A DNA stretch of 52,354 nt from a virus (IMGVR_UViG_3300032322_001410:1-52354); one strand, 5' to 3'. Positions 1 through 9,846 are shown, counted from the stretch's first letter. The notes: generated by a model from the sequence alone, not told the origin. Numbers and translations: made by a program.

Positions 1-384
1 AGTTAATGCACGATGTCCTAAACTTTCATCACCTTTATATACTTCGGTCTTACTACGGCGTTCTTCCTCCTCTAATACTGCCATACATTTGTAGAAGTTA
101 TCGTAGTATGTACCTAGTTGTTGGCCTATTTCCGTGTAGATGTTGGTGGTGTCACCACTCTGTTTATTGAGTGCTATGACACGATTTTTTTCTTCAATGA
201 ACTGATTTTTTTCAGCGACAGTTGGTTGACGGTCTTTGAACTTATTATGAAATTGGTCGTCAAGGTCCTTAAGGACATCTTTGACATCCCCGGCAGCTCC
301 TTTAATGTCCTTGTAAAGTTTACATCCTTCCTTTACAAGCTTAACCGCACCATTTGCAAGCGCAAATAGCGTTAGCGGATCCAT
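1..384 (-). CDS. hypothetical helical protein, runs off the window start (3' truncated)
   Basis: Not in the ORF track. Hand-translated open frame MDPLTLFALANGAVKLVKEGCKLYKDIKG... from ATG 384, with AAGGA SD upstream and no stop through base 1. Confidence 0.8.
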   Translation of the reverse strand, partial: MDPLTLFALANGAVKLVKEGCKLYKDIKGAAGDVKDVLKDLDDQFHNKFKDRQPTVAEKNQFIEEKNRVIALNKQSGDTTNIYTEIGQQLGTYYDNFYKCMAVLEEEERRSKTEVYKGDESLGHRALT

Positions 385-445
385 CTTATTTCGTCCTTTC
401 TAAGGATCTTATTATTTTGTTTTTATTATTTTTTGTACTACTGTA

Positions 446-1003
446 TTACAATGGCATCCACATCCAAATGCCTTGGCTCATTAATAAAAAGCCAATTAAA
501 CTTACACCAATACTAGCATAAAACATACTCATGCTTACTGCTAATATACTTGCAGATAACAATACAATTGCTAACTGATAGCTTGTACCTGCAAAAGTCA
601 TCCAAGGACCATGCTTTTTAGCTAAATCACGTTCTTCCTCTAACGCTTTAGCCTTAGCAAATAGTTCCTTCTTACCTTCGCCCTTTTCAGGATCACTCTC
701 ATAACGCTCGATTTTAGCTTTCATTTTCTCAGCTTTGGCTTTGTCACCTCGCACAACTGCATCATCATAACTCATTTCAGCTAATGTTTGCTTGATACTT
801 TTTGCTTGATAGAAAGCCCAAACATCGTTCGCTTTGATAGTGTTATTCAAAACTTTACTGCTAAAACTGTTTGCCATGTAAGTATTTACGGCAAGTAACA
901 ACGCAATAACTGTGATTACCCAACCTGCTTTATCTTTAATTTTAGCTTCCGCTTCGCTGCGAGATAAAACTTTGCCTGTTACTTTGTCAATCATTTGCTT
1001 CAT
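446..1003 (-). CDS. DUF4337-like membrane protein
   Basis: N-terminal TM, WAFYQAKSIK motif, coiled coil, C-terminal QLAIVLLS TM pair; AAGGAG SD. Confidence 0.7.
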   Translation of the reverse strand: MKQMIDKVTGKVLSRSEAEAKIKDKAGWVITVIALLLAVNTYMANSFSSKVLNNTIKANDVWAFYQAKSIKQTLAEMSYDDAVVRGDKAKAEKMKAKIERYESDPEKGEGKKELFAKAKALEEERDLAKKHGPWMTFAGTSYQLAIVLLSASILAVSMSMFYASIGVSLIGFLLMSQGIWMWMPL

Positions 1004-1102
1004 TTATTAGCTCCTTTATTATGATTTTTTTTAAACTAAATAAGTATAGATATTTATCAAGTAAATGTAACCTTACCCTTTAATGTATCATTTTTTAAAA
1101 TT

Positions 1103-2026
1103 ATGAGTGGAATAACCATAGAAGGCGGAGTACTGTTTTCAGGAAATTTGAGATTAAATTTTCCTTCGGCGCCTCCTACCGTTGAACTTTTAGTAGTAGC
1201 GGGCGGCGGTGGAGGTGGAGGAGGCGGCACCGGATTCACTGGGTCAGGAGGAGGCGGCGGCGGCGGTTATAGGACTAATTCTGCTTTTTCAGTTACCGCA
1301 AATATTTCTTATAATATTACGATAGGTTCGGGTGGGGCTAGAGGAACATCATATTCCAATGGTACTAATGGGAATCCTTCAAGTTTTACCAATAGTTCCA
1401 ACGTATCAAATACTTTTGCAAGTAGTGGTGGAGGAGCCGGTGCCACCGGATCAAATGGGTTTTCCGGAGGATCCGGTGGGGGAGCCGGTGGAGGTCAACC
1501 AGGATCGTCTGGCGGCACCGGCAATATTGGTAACTATTCTCCTTCAGAAGGGAACAATGGAGGAAGCAGTAGTTCATCAAGTGGTTCTTACTATCACGGT
1601 GGAGGTGGTGGGGGAAGTGGAGGAATAGGAGGTAGTCCTGGAACCAGTAGTTCACCGGGAACAGGAGGACAACCCACATATTCTTCTATATCAGGTACAT
1701 TTTCTGGTTATTCGGCAGGGGGAGGCGGTGCAGCAGATGCCTATACTAATACATCAGGCGGATCTGGATGGGGTATAGGAGGCACCGGAGCAAATGCTAC
1801 TACCAATGCTACAACTGCATCTCTTAATTCTGGGGGCGGTGGAGGTGGAGGCACAACTGATAATCAAGGAAGAGGTCAAGCAAGTAGCGGCGCATCTGGA
1901 GTAGTTATTTTAAGATATTCAACAAATTACTTACTGCCTACTACCGTTACAGGAAATCCTACTTATTCTTTAGCCAATGGATACCATACATACGTATGGA
2001 CAGGTAACGGAAGCATTAAATTCTAG
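1103..2026 (+). CDS. glycine-rich domain protein (putative virion fibre/surface protein)
   Basis: VELLVVAGGGGGG start, GGX repeats, GASGVVILRY end typical of phage glycine-rich domains. Confidence 0.75.
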   Translation: MSGITIEGGVLFSGNLRLNFPSAPPTVELLVVAGGGGGGGGGTGFTGSGGGGGGGYRTNSAFSVTANISYNITIGSGGARGTSYSNGTNGNPSSFTNSSNVSNTFASSGGGAGATGSNGFSGGSGGGAGGGQPGSSGGTGNIGNYSPSEGNNGGSSSSSSGSYYHGGGGGGSGGIGGSPGTSSSPGTGGQPTYSSISGTFSGYSAGGGGAADAYTNTSGGSGWGIGGTGANATTNATTASLNSGGGGGGGTTDNQGRGQASSGASGVVILRYSTNYLLPTTVTGNPTYSLANGYHTYVWTGNGSIKF

Positions 2027-2073
2027 TTTAAGTATCTTGCTTTATCATTACTTTTAACAAAGTAAATATTTTT

Positions 2074-2096
2074 ATGCCTCTATTAGAGGCATTTTG
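2074..2096 (+). terminator. stem-loop ATGCCTCT-ATT-AGAGGCAT plus T-run (terminator or 5' stabilising hairpin)
   Basis: Perfect 8-bp inverted repeat after the 1103..2026 stop and just after TAAATA at 2063-2068. Confidence 0.5.
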
Positions 2097-2106
2097 GAGA
2101 AAAATC

Positions 2107-2568
2107 GTGAAATATCTTTTGGCAATCGTCCTAAGTATATTTTCTTTAACAGCGGTTGCTAATGAAGAAGAATTTACATTGAGAGTAAATGATGGAGTAG
2201 TAGAAGTTAATATGAGTGACTGGCAATATCTATCCAACGAGGCAACATATCATTTTTATCTAGCTAAGAAAAACATGCATGTTGGTAATGGATTTCATAA
2301 AATTCATAGCATTTCAGAATTTAAAGAACCTGAGGGAAGAATATATTCTGGTTTGTCTGCCCCAGTAAAATACATAATAAGTTTTGGTTATATGGATTGC
2401 AACGATGGCATATTTAATTTAGTCGGGCAATTATTCACAGACAAAAATTATAAGATTATCTATTCATCTAGCTACGAATATGGGGAACACCGAGTAGAAG
2501 TAACTTCTCCGAATACAGCTAGAAACAAAGCCTACACTAAAGTTTGTATGATCGGGCGTGACACATAA
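2107..2568 (+). CDS. secreted/periplasmic hypothetical protein
   Basis: GGAG SD then GTG at 2107 gives MKYLLAIVLSIFSLTAVA, a signal peptide; preferred over the ORF-track start 2074, which lies inside the hairpin. Confidence 0.65.
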   Translation: MKYLLAIVLSIFSLTAVANEEEFTLRVNDGVVEVNMSDWQYLSNEATYHFYLAKKNMHVGNGFHKIHSISEFKEPEGRIYSGLSAPVKYIISFGYMDCNDGIFNLVGQLFTDKNYKIIYSSSYEYGEHRVEVTSPNTARNKAYTKVCMIGRDT

Positions 2569-2592
2569 TAAATATCTTATAAGGAGATATTT

Positions 2593-2805
2593 ATGACAAC
2601 GACTGACATAAATCAAATAATAGACAGAATGAAAAATCTAAGGCAGTTTACGGTTGAAGTAGACCTACCTGAAGATTTTGAACTACGCGGAGTAATGCCG
2701 TTCGACGTTTCAGTAAAGAAAAATAAAGGCTGGTTTAAAGTATATGCATTGACCTTAGAAGAAGCAACAGATAAGGTTAATGAATTTGTTCAAAGTATGC
2801 GATAA
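2593..2805 (+). CDS. hypothetical protein
   Basis: 70-aa ORF with AAGGAG SD; stop overlaps next start (TAATG). Confidence 0.7.
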   Translation: MTTTDINQIIDRMKNLRQFTVEVDLPEDFELRGVMPFDVSVKKNKGWFKVYALTLEEATDKVNEFVQSMR

Positions 2806-3812
2806 TGTCATTCACGTTTACCGGAGGTTTAGTATTAACTGGTGGTTGGACTCTTAATCCACCTGTACCAGTTTACCCAACCTCAGTAGATTACATGGTT
2901 GTAGCAGGTGGCGGTGGTGGTGGAATAGGTACTGATTGGGATAATAATTCCAACGGGGGAGGTGGAGGAGCCGGAGGTTATTTAACTGCCACTGGTGTCT
3001 CTGTATCGTCTGGGGTCACCTACTCTATAACAGTAGGAAATGGCGGCTCCGGAGCTATTGCTAATAGTTCTGGAATAGGTGCAACTGCTACATCGGCTAC
3101 TCAAGGTGGTAATTCATCTATTTCAGGAAGTGGATTCACTACAGTTACAGCAGTAGGTGGAGGTTTTGGTGGATATTATACTCCGATTAATGGTATTCAA
3201 AATGGAGGTGACGGTGGATCCGGTGGAGGAGCAGGTGGTGCCGGCGGTGGCCAAAGTAGAGTAGGTGGTATAGGTGTTTATGTAGGATCTACATATTTGA
3301 ATCAAGCACGACAAGGATATAATGGTGGGGTCAACTTTGGTAATGATTCTACCGGTGCTAGCGGAGGTGGCGGAGGCGCTGGAGCAGTTGGAGCTGCAGG
3401 TGCAGCGTCAGTAGGTGGAAATGGCGGCGCTGGAGTTGTTAATCCCTTTTCAGGTAGCACAGTTGGACAAAATGTAAGTGGTACCTACTGGCTAGCAGGC
3501 GGCGGTGGTGGTACGTATGGTGCAACCAGTACCCAAGGAACAGGGGGCAATGGAGGTGGTGCAGCAGGAAAAACCGCAGCTCTTACAGTGACAACAGGAA
3601 ACGCAGGTACATCTAACACCGGAGGAGGCGGTGGAGGGTTAGCAAGGGCTAATTCAACTTCACAAGCCGGAACAGGTGGTTCGGGGGTAGTAGTAATTAG
3701 ATATGCGATTTCTTTCTCAGAAGCTAGTAGTACAACCGGATCTCCTACAGTAACTACTGACGCTAGTTTTAGATATTATACCTTTACAGGTAATGGAAGC
3801 ATAACATTTTAA
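2805..3812 (+). CDS. glycine-rich domain protein (paralog of 1103..2026)
   Basis: VDYMVVAGGGGGG ... GGSGVVVIRY ... YTFTGNGSITF architecture. Confidence 0.75.
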   Translation: MSFTFTGGLVLTGGWTLNPPVPVYPTSVDYMVVAGGGGGGIGTDWDNNSNGGGGGAGGYLTATGVSVSSGVTYSITVGNGGSGAIANSSGIGATATSATQGGNSSISGSGFTTVTAVGGGFGGYYTPINGIQNGGDGGSGGGAGGAGGGQSRVGGIGVYVGSTYLNQARQGYNGGVNFGNDSTGASGGGGGAGAVGAAGAASVGGNGGAGVVNPFSGSTVGQNVSGTYWLAGGGGGTYGATSTQGTGGNGGGAAGKTAALTVTTGNAGTSNTGGGGGGLARANSTSQAGTGGSGVVVIRYAISFSEASSTTGSPTVTTDASFRYYTFTGNGSITF

Positions 3813-3994
3813 AAAGGTTGTTTATAAATCAAATGCATTTGTTAAAATCTCTGTGTAGTAATATAAAAAAAGCTATATCAAATATACTAGCTTTATTAGA
3901 GGCATATTCATTAATAAGAGTTTTAATAATAATAATTTTGGTTTTAATTTCAATATCAATGCAATGGATTAAATTTTAAGGTTTAAATAGATTT

Positions 3995-6322
3995 ATGCCA
4001 ATTATAGTTCAAGGTGGTGGGATTTCTTTTGATGGTGGTTTTTCTTTAGGACCAACTATACCTCCACCGCCAATTATTGGTACTGCAACATTATCTAATA
4101 CTACTGCGTCTGTTCCATTTACTGCTCCAAACAATGATGGAGGCGAACCTATAACAAGTTATACAGCAGTTTCTAACCCTGGCAACTTAACTAGTACATT
4201 AAACCAATCAGGATCAGGAATTATTACTGTGGCTAATTTGTCATACAGCACTTCGTACACATTTATTGTTTATGCTACTAATATATTAGGAAATAGTGCT
4301 AATAGTAGTCCTAGTAATAGTATTAATGTTCCTACACAATTGCAAACTACTTTGGCTGTTGCAAGCAAAATTACAGTACAAAATGTATCGGACCCATTTA
4401 CACCAGTTACTGCGTCGGGAGGACAACTTCCATACACATTTAGCATAAGTCCTAGCCTCCCGTCTGGTATGAACTTCAATACCGGTAATGGGCAAATTAC
4501 AGGAGCACCTACATCAACTAGTAGTTCGACTTCCTATACTGTAACTGTTACTGATGCTGTGTCTCAAATATCTGATAAAACATTTGCACTACAAGTTAAC
4601 AGTCCAGTAAGTGCTACTTTGGTAATTGCAAGTAAGACATTGAATCAGAATACAGGGGTGGGTACACCGTTCACTCCTGTAACAGGTGCAAATGGTCTAA
4701 CACCTTATGTATATAGTATTTCACCAAGTCTACCATCTGGATTGAGTATTAATACAGGTAATGGAAGTATTTCAGGAACTCCTACAGTTACTCAAACTTC
4801 TACGAATCATACAGTAACTATAACTGATGCATATTCGCAGACAGCAAATAACACATTTACTTTATTAGTTAATACAGAGTTAACTACAACTCAGGCTATT
4901 GCAAGTAGACAGTTAGAACAGAATTACAGTATAAATTTACCATTTACTCCTGTGACGGCGAGTGGAGGAACTACACCGTATACATTTAGTGTAAGCCCAG
5001 CGATTGGTACAGGAACTACAGCAGGATTGTTATTCAATACAGGAAACGGACAAATATCAGGTACGCCAACATCAACATTAGGTACAACCACTTATACTGT
5101 AACTGCGACGGATGACATCGGTGCAACATCAAACAAAACATTTACTCTTAATATAGCCGCAGAATTGACTACAACACAAGCTGTTCCTTCAATTGTTGTG
5201 ACAGTGGATACCGCATTAGCCTCAACTATTCCTGTTACAGCTAGTGGTGGATTTGGAACTAAGACGTTTAGTATTAGTCCTGAGTTACCCACTGGATTGT
5301 CATTTGGTACATCCGATGGTTCTGTATCGGGTACTCCAACAGTACTGTCTAGTTCAACAACGTACACAGTAACAGTAACAGATGATTTGGGAATAACATC
5401 ATCAAAAACATTTACTTTATCAGTTATCGTAGCTTCAGGCGAACAAAGATATACTTCAGCTGGTACGTTTACTTTCACAGTACCTACCGGAGTAACAAGT
5501 GTGTCTGTAGTTGCTTTAGGAGGCGGGGCAAGTGGCGGAGTTACTGGATCAGGGACCGGCCCTACATATTACGGAGGCGGAGGCGGTGGTGGATTAGCCT
5601 ATAGAAATAATGTTTCTGTTACTCCTGGTCAAACTATAAGTGTAGTAGTAGGCGCCGGCGGGGCAAGAGTAGGAGGTACAACTAGAAATCCATCTACAGG
5701 TGCTGCAATAAATTTTATAGGAAACAATGGTACTAATAGTTCAGTTACTATTGCAGGCGTTGCTACTACAGGAACAGGAGGTCTAAGATCTCCGGGAAGT
5801 GCAAGTTCCACCGGAGCCGCAGGAACAGTAGGAGCAGGTGGAGGCCCAGCTGGAACCAGAACAGGAGGAGGTACTGGCGGCAGTGGTGGTGGCAATGGTG
5901 GACAATTATCAGGCTCAGGTGGCGGAGGCGGTGCCGGCTGGAGTGGTACAGCAGGTGCAGGTGGTTATAATTTTAGTCCAGGCGTAGACACTGGCGGTGG
6001 ATTTACCAGTACTGGCAATGGCGGTGGTGGCGGTGGCGGATTTAGATTTTCTCAAGATTCGGGTGGTCGTACAGTTGGTGCACCCGGCGGCGGAGGTGGA
6101 AATCCGGATGGATATTTTGGATTGGGTGGGACTAGAACTAACAAGGGCGAATCTGACAATACAGCAAATAGTATAACAGGTGGTGTATCCAGAGGGGCTG
6201 GAGGAGGGGGCGGTTACGGAACAGGCCCTGCCGATACTAGCATTTTTAGTAGTGCGGGTGAAGGTGGATGTGTTCTTATAGTATGGCCAGGAAACACTAG
6301 ACAGTTCCCTAATTGGCAGTAA
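3995..6322 (+). CDS. FN3 + four putative Ig (He_PIG-like) repeats + glycine-rich domain protein, putative virion adhesin
   Basis: FTAPNNDGGEPITSY FN3 motif; four repeats of PVTASGG..PYTFSISPSLPSGL...G.ISGTPT...YTVTVTD; C-terminal FTVPTGVTSVSVVALGGG glycine-rich domain. Confidence 0.8.
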   Translation: MPIIVQGGGISFDGGFSLGPTIPPPPIIGTATLSNTTASVPFTAPNNDGGEPITSYTAVSNPGNLTSTLNQSGSGIITVANLSYSTSYTFIVYATNILGNSANSSPSNSINVPTQLQTTLAVASKITVQNVSDPFTPVTASGGQLPYTFSISPSLPSGMNFNTGNGQITGAPTSTSSSTSYTVTVTDAVSQISDKTFALQVNSPVSATLVIASKTLNQNTGVGTPFTPVTGANGLTPYVYSISPSLPSGLSINTGNGSISGTPTVTQTSTNHTVTITDAYSQTANNTFTLLVNTELTTTQAIASRQLEQNYSINLPFTPVTASGGTTPYTFSVSPAIGTGTTAGLLFNTGNGQISGTPTSTLGTTTYTVTATDDIGATSNKTFTLNIAAELTTTQAVPSIVVTVDTALASTIPVTASGGFGTKTFSISPELPTGLSFGTSDGSVSGTPTVLSSSTTYTVTVTDDLGITSSKTFTLSVIVASGEQRYTSAGTFTFTVPTGVTSVSVVALGGGASGGVTGSGTGPTYYGGGGGGGLAYRNNVSVTPGQTISVVVGAGGARVGGTTRNPSTGAAINFIGNNGTNSSVTIAGVATTGTGGLRSPGSASSTGAAGTVGAGGGPAGTRTGGGTGGSGGGNGGQLSGSGGGGGAGWSGTAGAGGYNFSPGVDTGGGFTSTGNGGGGGGGFRFSQDSGGRTVGAPGGGGGNPDGYFGLGGTRTNKGESDNTANSITGGVSRGAGGGGGYGTGPADTSIFSSAGEGGCVLIVWPGNTRQFPNWQ

Positions 6323-6688
6323 TTAAAACATCAAGTATACAATAAACAAATAAGTTAATTGATGAAACAATTGGTTTATACCAAAGTGTTTTAAGAACTT
6401 TTCATCACTGTATCTTGTTTGACCATATTTTATACGTAAAAAGTTAATATTGTAATTCAATACAAAATTTAGAAAACCTAAAATAAGCGCATAGATTATG
6501 TATGAAATATCGCTTATAATTAATAAGCAAATTACAGTACCGAGTCCATGTTTTACACTATGCCAAATTAACTCTACGTTACCGTAACTTATTTTATCGG
6601 CAATTTCAAATGTTTTATTTTCAAAGTAATCAAACAACATATGTTTGATTTGTAATAAAACAATCAATAGCAACATTTCTTCAATCAT
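6323..6688 (-). CDS. DUF3307-like membrane protein (degenerate motifs)
   Basis: KHMLFDY, HSVKHG, G.NQLFHQLTY pattern with TM helices. Confidence 0.55.
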   Translation of the reverse strand: MIEEMLLLIVLLQIKHMLFDYFENKTFEIADKISYGNVELIWHSVKHGLGTVICLLIISDISYIIYALILGFLNFVLNYNINFLRIKYGQTRYSDEKFLKHFGINQLFHQLTYLFIVYLMF

Positions 6689-6942
6689 TCAGGTTTCCTC
6701 GGTATATAATCAATGTATGGTTTAGGTGAATAATCTTCCGTTAAGGTATTTCTCAACTCATCCCCATATTTTAGTGTAATGTGAATATCTATTTTATTGC
6801 TTACAGATTTAGCCACTCCAATTCGTAGATGATTTCTCCAACGGATAGTGGTGTCAATAAATTTTTTTACGACCTTATCTGAGAGTATGTCATCAAAATT
6901 GTCATTTTCTCTATAAAAAAGGTAGTATTTCATTTTTTCCAA
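6685..6942 (-). CDS. hypothetical protein
   Basis: ORF overlapping both neighbours, operon-like packing. Confidence 0.65.
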   Translation of the reverse strand: MEKMKYYLFYRENDNFDDILSDKVVKKFIDTTIRWRNHLRIGVAKSVSNKIDIHITLKYGDELRNTLTEDYSPKPYIDYIPRKPE

Positions 6943-7127
6943 ATTAAAAAGTTAATGTAGTCTGCTTCTGAATTAAAACAGAATGTATATAATGTACCAT
7001 TACTTGCAACTTTTTGTGTAAAATCAACTGTCCATTCATCTACACAGTTAACTTCACACCATGATATAAATGGTTTTAGTTTACCATATGGTAAACCTAT
7101 ATCAGTCTTGTAAATTGTGTTGGACAA
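6930..7127 (-). CDS. hypothetical small phage protein
   Basis: ORF in packed operon; WC...F.F..E.D...F..W pattern seen in small phage proteins. Confidence 0.6.
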   Translation of the reverse strand: MSNTIYKTDIGLPYGKLKPFISWCEVNCVDEWTVDFTQKVASNGTLYTFCFNSEADYINFLIWKK

Positions 7128-7545
7128 CCTCTACCCCAGATGCCTTTAAAAAATCTAATCCAGCTATATCTCTATATTCATCTTTATAATATAAAGTTTT
7201 GATGCCACTTTGATAAATCAATTTTGCACACTGCAAACAAGGAGCATGGGTACAAAACATAGTAGCACCTTCGCTAGATTCAGTACTACTTGAAACTTTG
7301 GCTATGGCATTAGTTTCAGCATGTAATACTTCTGCTTTTGTTTCGAGAAATCTTATTTCACCATTGGGCCATTTAAGTTCATGCTCACAGTTATTATCCC
7401 AACCTGCAGGCATTCCATTATATCCAGTGCCTAAAATTTTATTGCCCTTTACTATAACAGCACCTACATGTAATCTTCTAGCATAACTTAACTTACTTGT
7501 TAAGTGTGCTACATCCATGTAATATCGAATAAACTTTTCTTTCAT
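7102..7545 (-). CDS. dCMP deaminase (ComEB-like)
   Basis: VGAVIV, GYNG, HAE and PCxxC zinc motifs. Confidence 0.92.
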   Translation of the reverse strand: MKEKFIRYYMDVAHLTSKLSYARRLHVGAVIVKGNKILGTGYNGMPAGWDNNCEHELKWPNGEIRFLETKAEVLHAETNAIAKVSSSTESSEGATMFCTHAPCLQCAKLIYQSGIKTLYYKDEYRDIAGLDFLKASGVEVVQHNLQD

Positions 7546-7784
7546 TTTACGAATCCATGTTTTTCAATAAAGTCCTTAGCACTATATCCTGATAATCCTT
7601 TTATGATAAAATGATCAATGTTAAATCTTTCACAAAAAGCTTGACCAAATGATATGCCTTTTAATTGGTAAAAAACATACTCCTTACAAAAAATTTCATA
7701 TTCTTGTCGAGATACAATTTCATGTTGATTTTTATCTGTATAAGTTTGTAATGTGTTTACAACGTAATCAAAAACTTTATCCAC
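7542..7784 (-). CDS. hypothetical protein
   Basis: ORF with ATGA overlap to the downstream gene. Confidence 0.6.
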   Translation of the reverse strand: MDKVFDYVVNTLQTYTDKNQHEIVSRQEYEIFCKEYVFYQLKGISFGQAFCERFNIDHFIIKGLSGYSAKDFIEKHGFVK

Positions 7785-7785
7785 G

Positions 7786-8316
7786 TTAATCCCAAAGATT
7801 CATATAATATTTTGCAAATAGATCAATACCTTCTTGTATTTTCTTTTGGTGTAATTCTAATCCTACAATATCTATCCAGTGATCGGTTGGATTCAAATCA
7901 ACCATTTTATACATTGGTTCCATTTGATTAGTAAGAGGATTCAACATTGGATCCGTTTCTTCCCAATCAAACTTTGCTTCACCGTGATAGTATTTGTCTT
8001 CCCAATCTCCGTCTGCTAACTGCTGAAATGACCAAATCATTTTATCTAAAATCTCATCCCAACGTTTGCAAGACTCATCGAATGCTTCTCTATTTGTTTC
8101 TTCATAAAAGTCAAAAGATTGTTGATGAATATAATTTTCACCACCCACATCTGCAAATGATGCAGGAACTCCTTGTTTGTGATTTTTTAACTGCACCAAC
8201 ATTGGGTAGATAATCATTGACAAATCATTATACATGTTCCATGTATCAAACTTGTCAATTTGAATATTGACTTTGCGTTTGTCATTCTTTCCCCATTGTG
8301 TTAATTTAACTTTCAT
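7786..8316 (-). CDS. hypothetical phage protein
   Basis: 176-aa ORF; DTWN, WDEILDKMIWSF, EG..LF.KYY..LWD motifs. Confidence 0.75.
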   Translation of the reverse strand: MKVKLTQWGKNDKRKVNIQIDKFDTWNMYNDLSMIIYPMLVQLKNHKQGVPASFADVGGENYIHQQSFDFYEETNREAFDESCKRWDEILDKMIWSFQQLADGDWEDKYYHGEAKFDWEETDPMLNPLTNQMEPMYKMVDLNPTDHWIDIVGLELHQKKIQEGIDLFAKYYMNLWD

Positions 8317-8689
8317 TTTCTTTGTATTCTTTGGCTTTACCGTTCATAAACACATATACATGCTCACCATGCAACACGTTAGCATATTTTATGTTTTTGT
8401 ATTTTTGAGCAAACTCTGCTAATTCATCCATTGATTTGCCTTGGCATACAAAGTCTTTGGTATTTCTATAGTAGAGATAAATTATGTTTTCTATTTGTTC
8501 CGTTTCTAACGTATGAATTTCTTCAAGGTCATCGTTTAATTTCTGTTGAAGTTTTTCTAATTCTTTGTCAAAATTTACTCCAATATCATTGGATACTTTT
8601 TTTAGGATTTTTCTAAATTGATAGACCGTATAAAGTCTACCGGTCCATATACCTAAACCAAAAACGCAAAGGAATTCTAGCAATGACAT
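8306..8689 (-). CDS. hypothetical protein with N-terminal TM
   Basis: 127-aa ORF, hydrophobic N-terminus. Confidence 0.7.
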   Translation of the reverse strand: MSLLEFLCVFGLGIWTGRLYTVYQFRKILKKVSNDIGVNFDKELEKLQQKLNDDLEEIHTLETEQIENIIYLYYRNTKDFVCQGKSMDELAEFAQKYKNIKYANVLHGEHVYVFMNGKAKEYKENES

Positions 8690-8693
8690 AAGA

Positions 8694-8915
8694 TTATTTA
8701 TTTTTCTCTAATAGTGATAAAACTTCTTCGACTGATTCTTGCACTTGCCAAGTGCCATGCGGTGGACAAAAGACATATGTAATTTTTTCAATCACCCCGT
8801 CAACTTTCTTAGCTGCATTGGTTGGACTTGAATATACAGTTACAATATGGTCAGTATTGATAAGTATACTTTCATCTTTGTATTCTTCTATTGCATTCGT
8901 TAGTTTTATCAACAT
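8694..8915 (-). CDS. FlbD/SwrD-like small protein
   Basis: MLIKLT...ILINTDHI.TV...VQES.EEV pattern of the FlbD family. Confidence 0.5.
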   Translation of the reverse strand: MLIKLTNAIEEYKDESILINTDHIVTVYSSPTNAAKKVDGVIEKITYVFCPPHGTWQVQESVEEVLSLLEKNK

Positions 8916-9442
8916 TAGGATTTCTTTTTCGAAAAGGCTTTCATTGGTTGGACATATCTTTTGTGGTATTCAGTATAATTGTCCAAATAATTTTTATGAT
9001 GAACCCATTTTTCTTTTGTTTTAGATTTGTTGACTAAAAATCCCCATTCACGTTGTCGTGGACCCATAACAAATAGTGTCGTAGCCGGGCCTACACTTTC
9101 ATCTAGTTCTAACCAATGAAAATCTTTTGCTTTTCTAAATAACACACTACCCGGACCACGCCATGTTTGAAAGTCGCCAAACTTTTTACCTTGCTTATTA
9201 AACAATGGTACATGTTCCCAATATCCACCTTTAATAATAATTGTAAAAAAGGGCCAAGGATGATCATGAAAAATAGGATCATCACTTTTAACTATTTTGT
9301 GTAATGTTATATTGAAAGGGAACCATTTACGATTTTTTAAAAATAGATAATATCGGTGCATATACTCTGCACCAGTGTGTCGATCAGGAATCAATCTGTA
9401 TCTTCCTAATTTATCCATTAATTTGTGAAGTATTGTTTTCAT
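8915..9442 (-). CDS. cupin-fold protein
   Basis: HDHPW...GGYWE...H.LEL...TLF..GPR..WGF metal-binding cupin motifs. Confidence 0.75.
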   Translation of the reverse strand: MKTILHKLMDKLGRYRLIPDRHTGAEYMHRYYLFLKNRKWFPFNITLHKIVKSDDPIFHDHPWPFFTIIIKGGYWEHVPLFNKQGKKFGDFQTWRGPGSVLFRKAKDFHWLELDESVGPATTLFVMGPRQREWGFLVNKSKTKEKWVHHKNYLDNYTEYHKRYVQPMKAFSKKKS

Positions 9443-9457
9443 TGCATTATAAATGGT

Positions 9458-9488
9458 AAAGCAGCTTTTTTGCAGAAAGCTGCCAAAA
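9458..9488 (-). terminator. probable intrinsic terminator
   Basis: GCAGCTTT/AAAGCTGC inverted repeat downstream of 9517..9777. Confidence 0.5.
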
Positions 9489-9516
9489 CTGTTATAACAG
9501 TATTTTAGAAAGGAGA

Positions 9517-9777
9517 TTAAACACCGAGTGCTAGTGCGCGGTAACCAGCAGCAATGATTTCGCGGCTAGGAGTACCTAAACGATATTTCGTAAAAGTTTC
9601 TCCGCGATTGTTGGTACGCTTGTTTGCGTAGATAGCGAATCCACTATAACGTAGGTCGCTTACAGTAGCAGTAGGATTGGCAATACCAAAACGCTGCTTG
9701 ATTTGTGCTGCGGTAAGTTGCTCACCATTTTTGAATGCCTCAAGTAGGCGCTCTTGTTTTGTTACGTTCATAATCAA
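9517..9777 (-). CDS. winged helix-turn-helix protein
   Basis: LLEAF..GEQLT..QI..RFGI.NP.A.VSDLR..GFAI HTH pattern. Confidence 0.65.
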   Translation of the reverse strand: MIMNVTKQERLLEAFKNGEQLTAAQIKQRFGIANPTATVSDLRYSGFAIYANKRTNNRGETFTKYRLGTPSREIIAAGYRALALGV

Positions 9778-9817
9778 TTTTCCTTATAAAATGTCGCTGT
9801 TCTCACAACGTGATAAG

Positions 9818-9846
9818 ATTATATAATAAACTTGTTTACTATACAA
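9818..9846 (-). promoter_or_regulatory. sigma70-type promoter TTGTAT-N17-TATAAT
   Basis: Intergenic, 17-nt spacer, upstream of the wHTH gene. Confidence 0.55.

Noticed and set aside
118-369. Plus-strand 83-aa ORF
   Set aside because: Antisense shadow of the minus-strand gene 1..384, which has an SD and natural composition.
3813-3994. AT-rich gap sharing TATTAGAGGCAT with 2081-2092
   Set aside because: A single 12-nt match with no ORF or clear structure; insufficient to call an origin or element.
1057-5895. Pro-rich and other minus-strand ORFs over the glycine-rich genes
   Set aside because: Reverse-complement artefacts of GGN codon runs.
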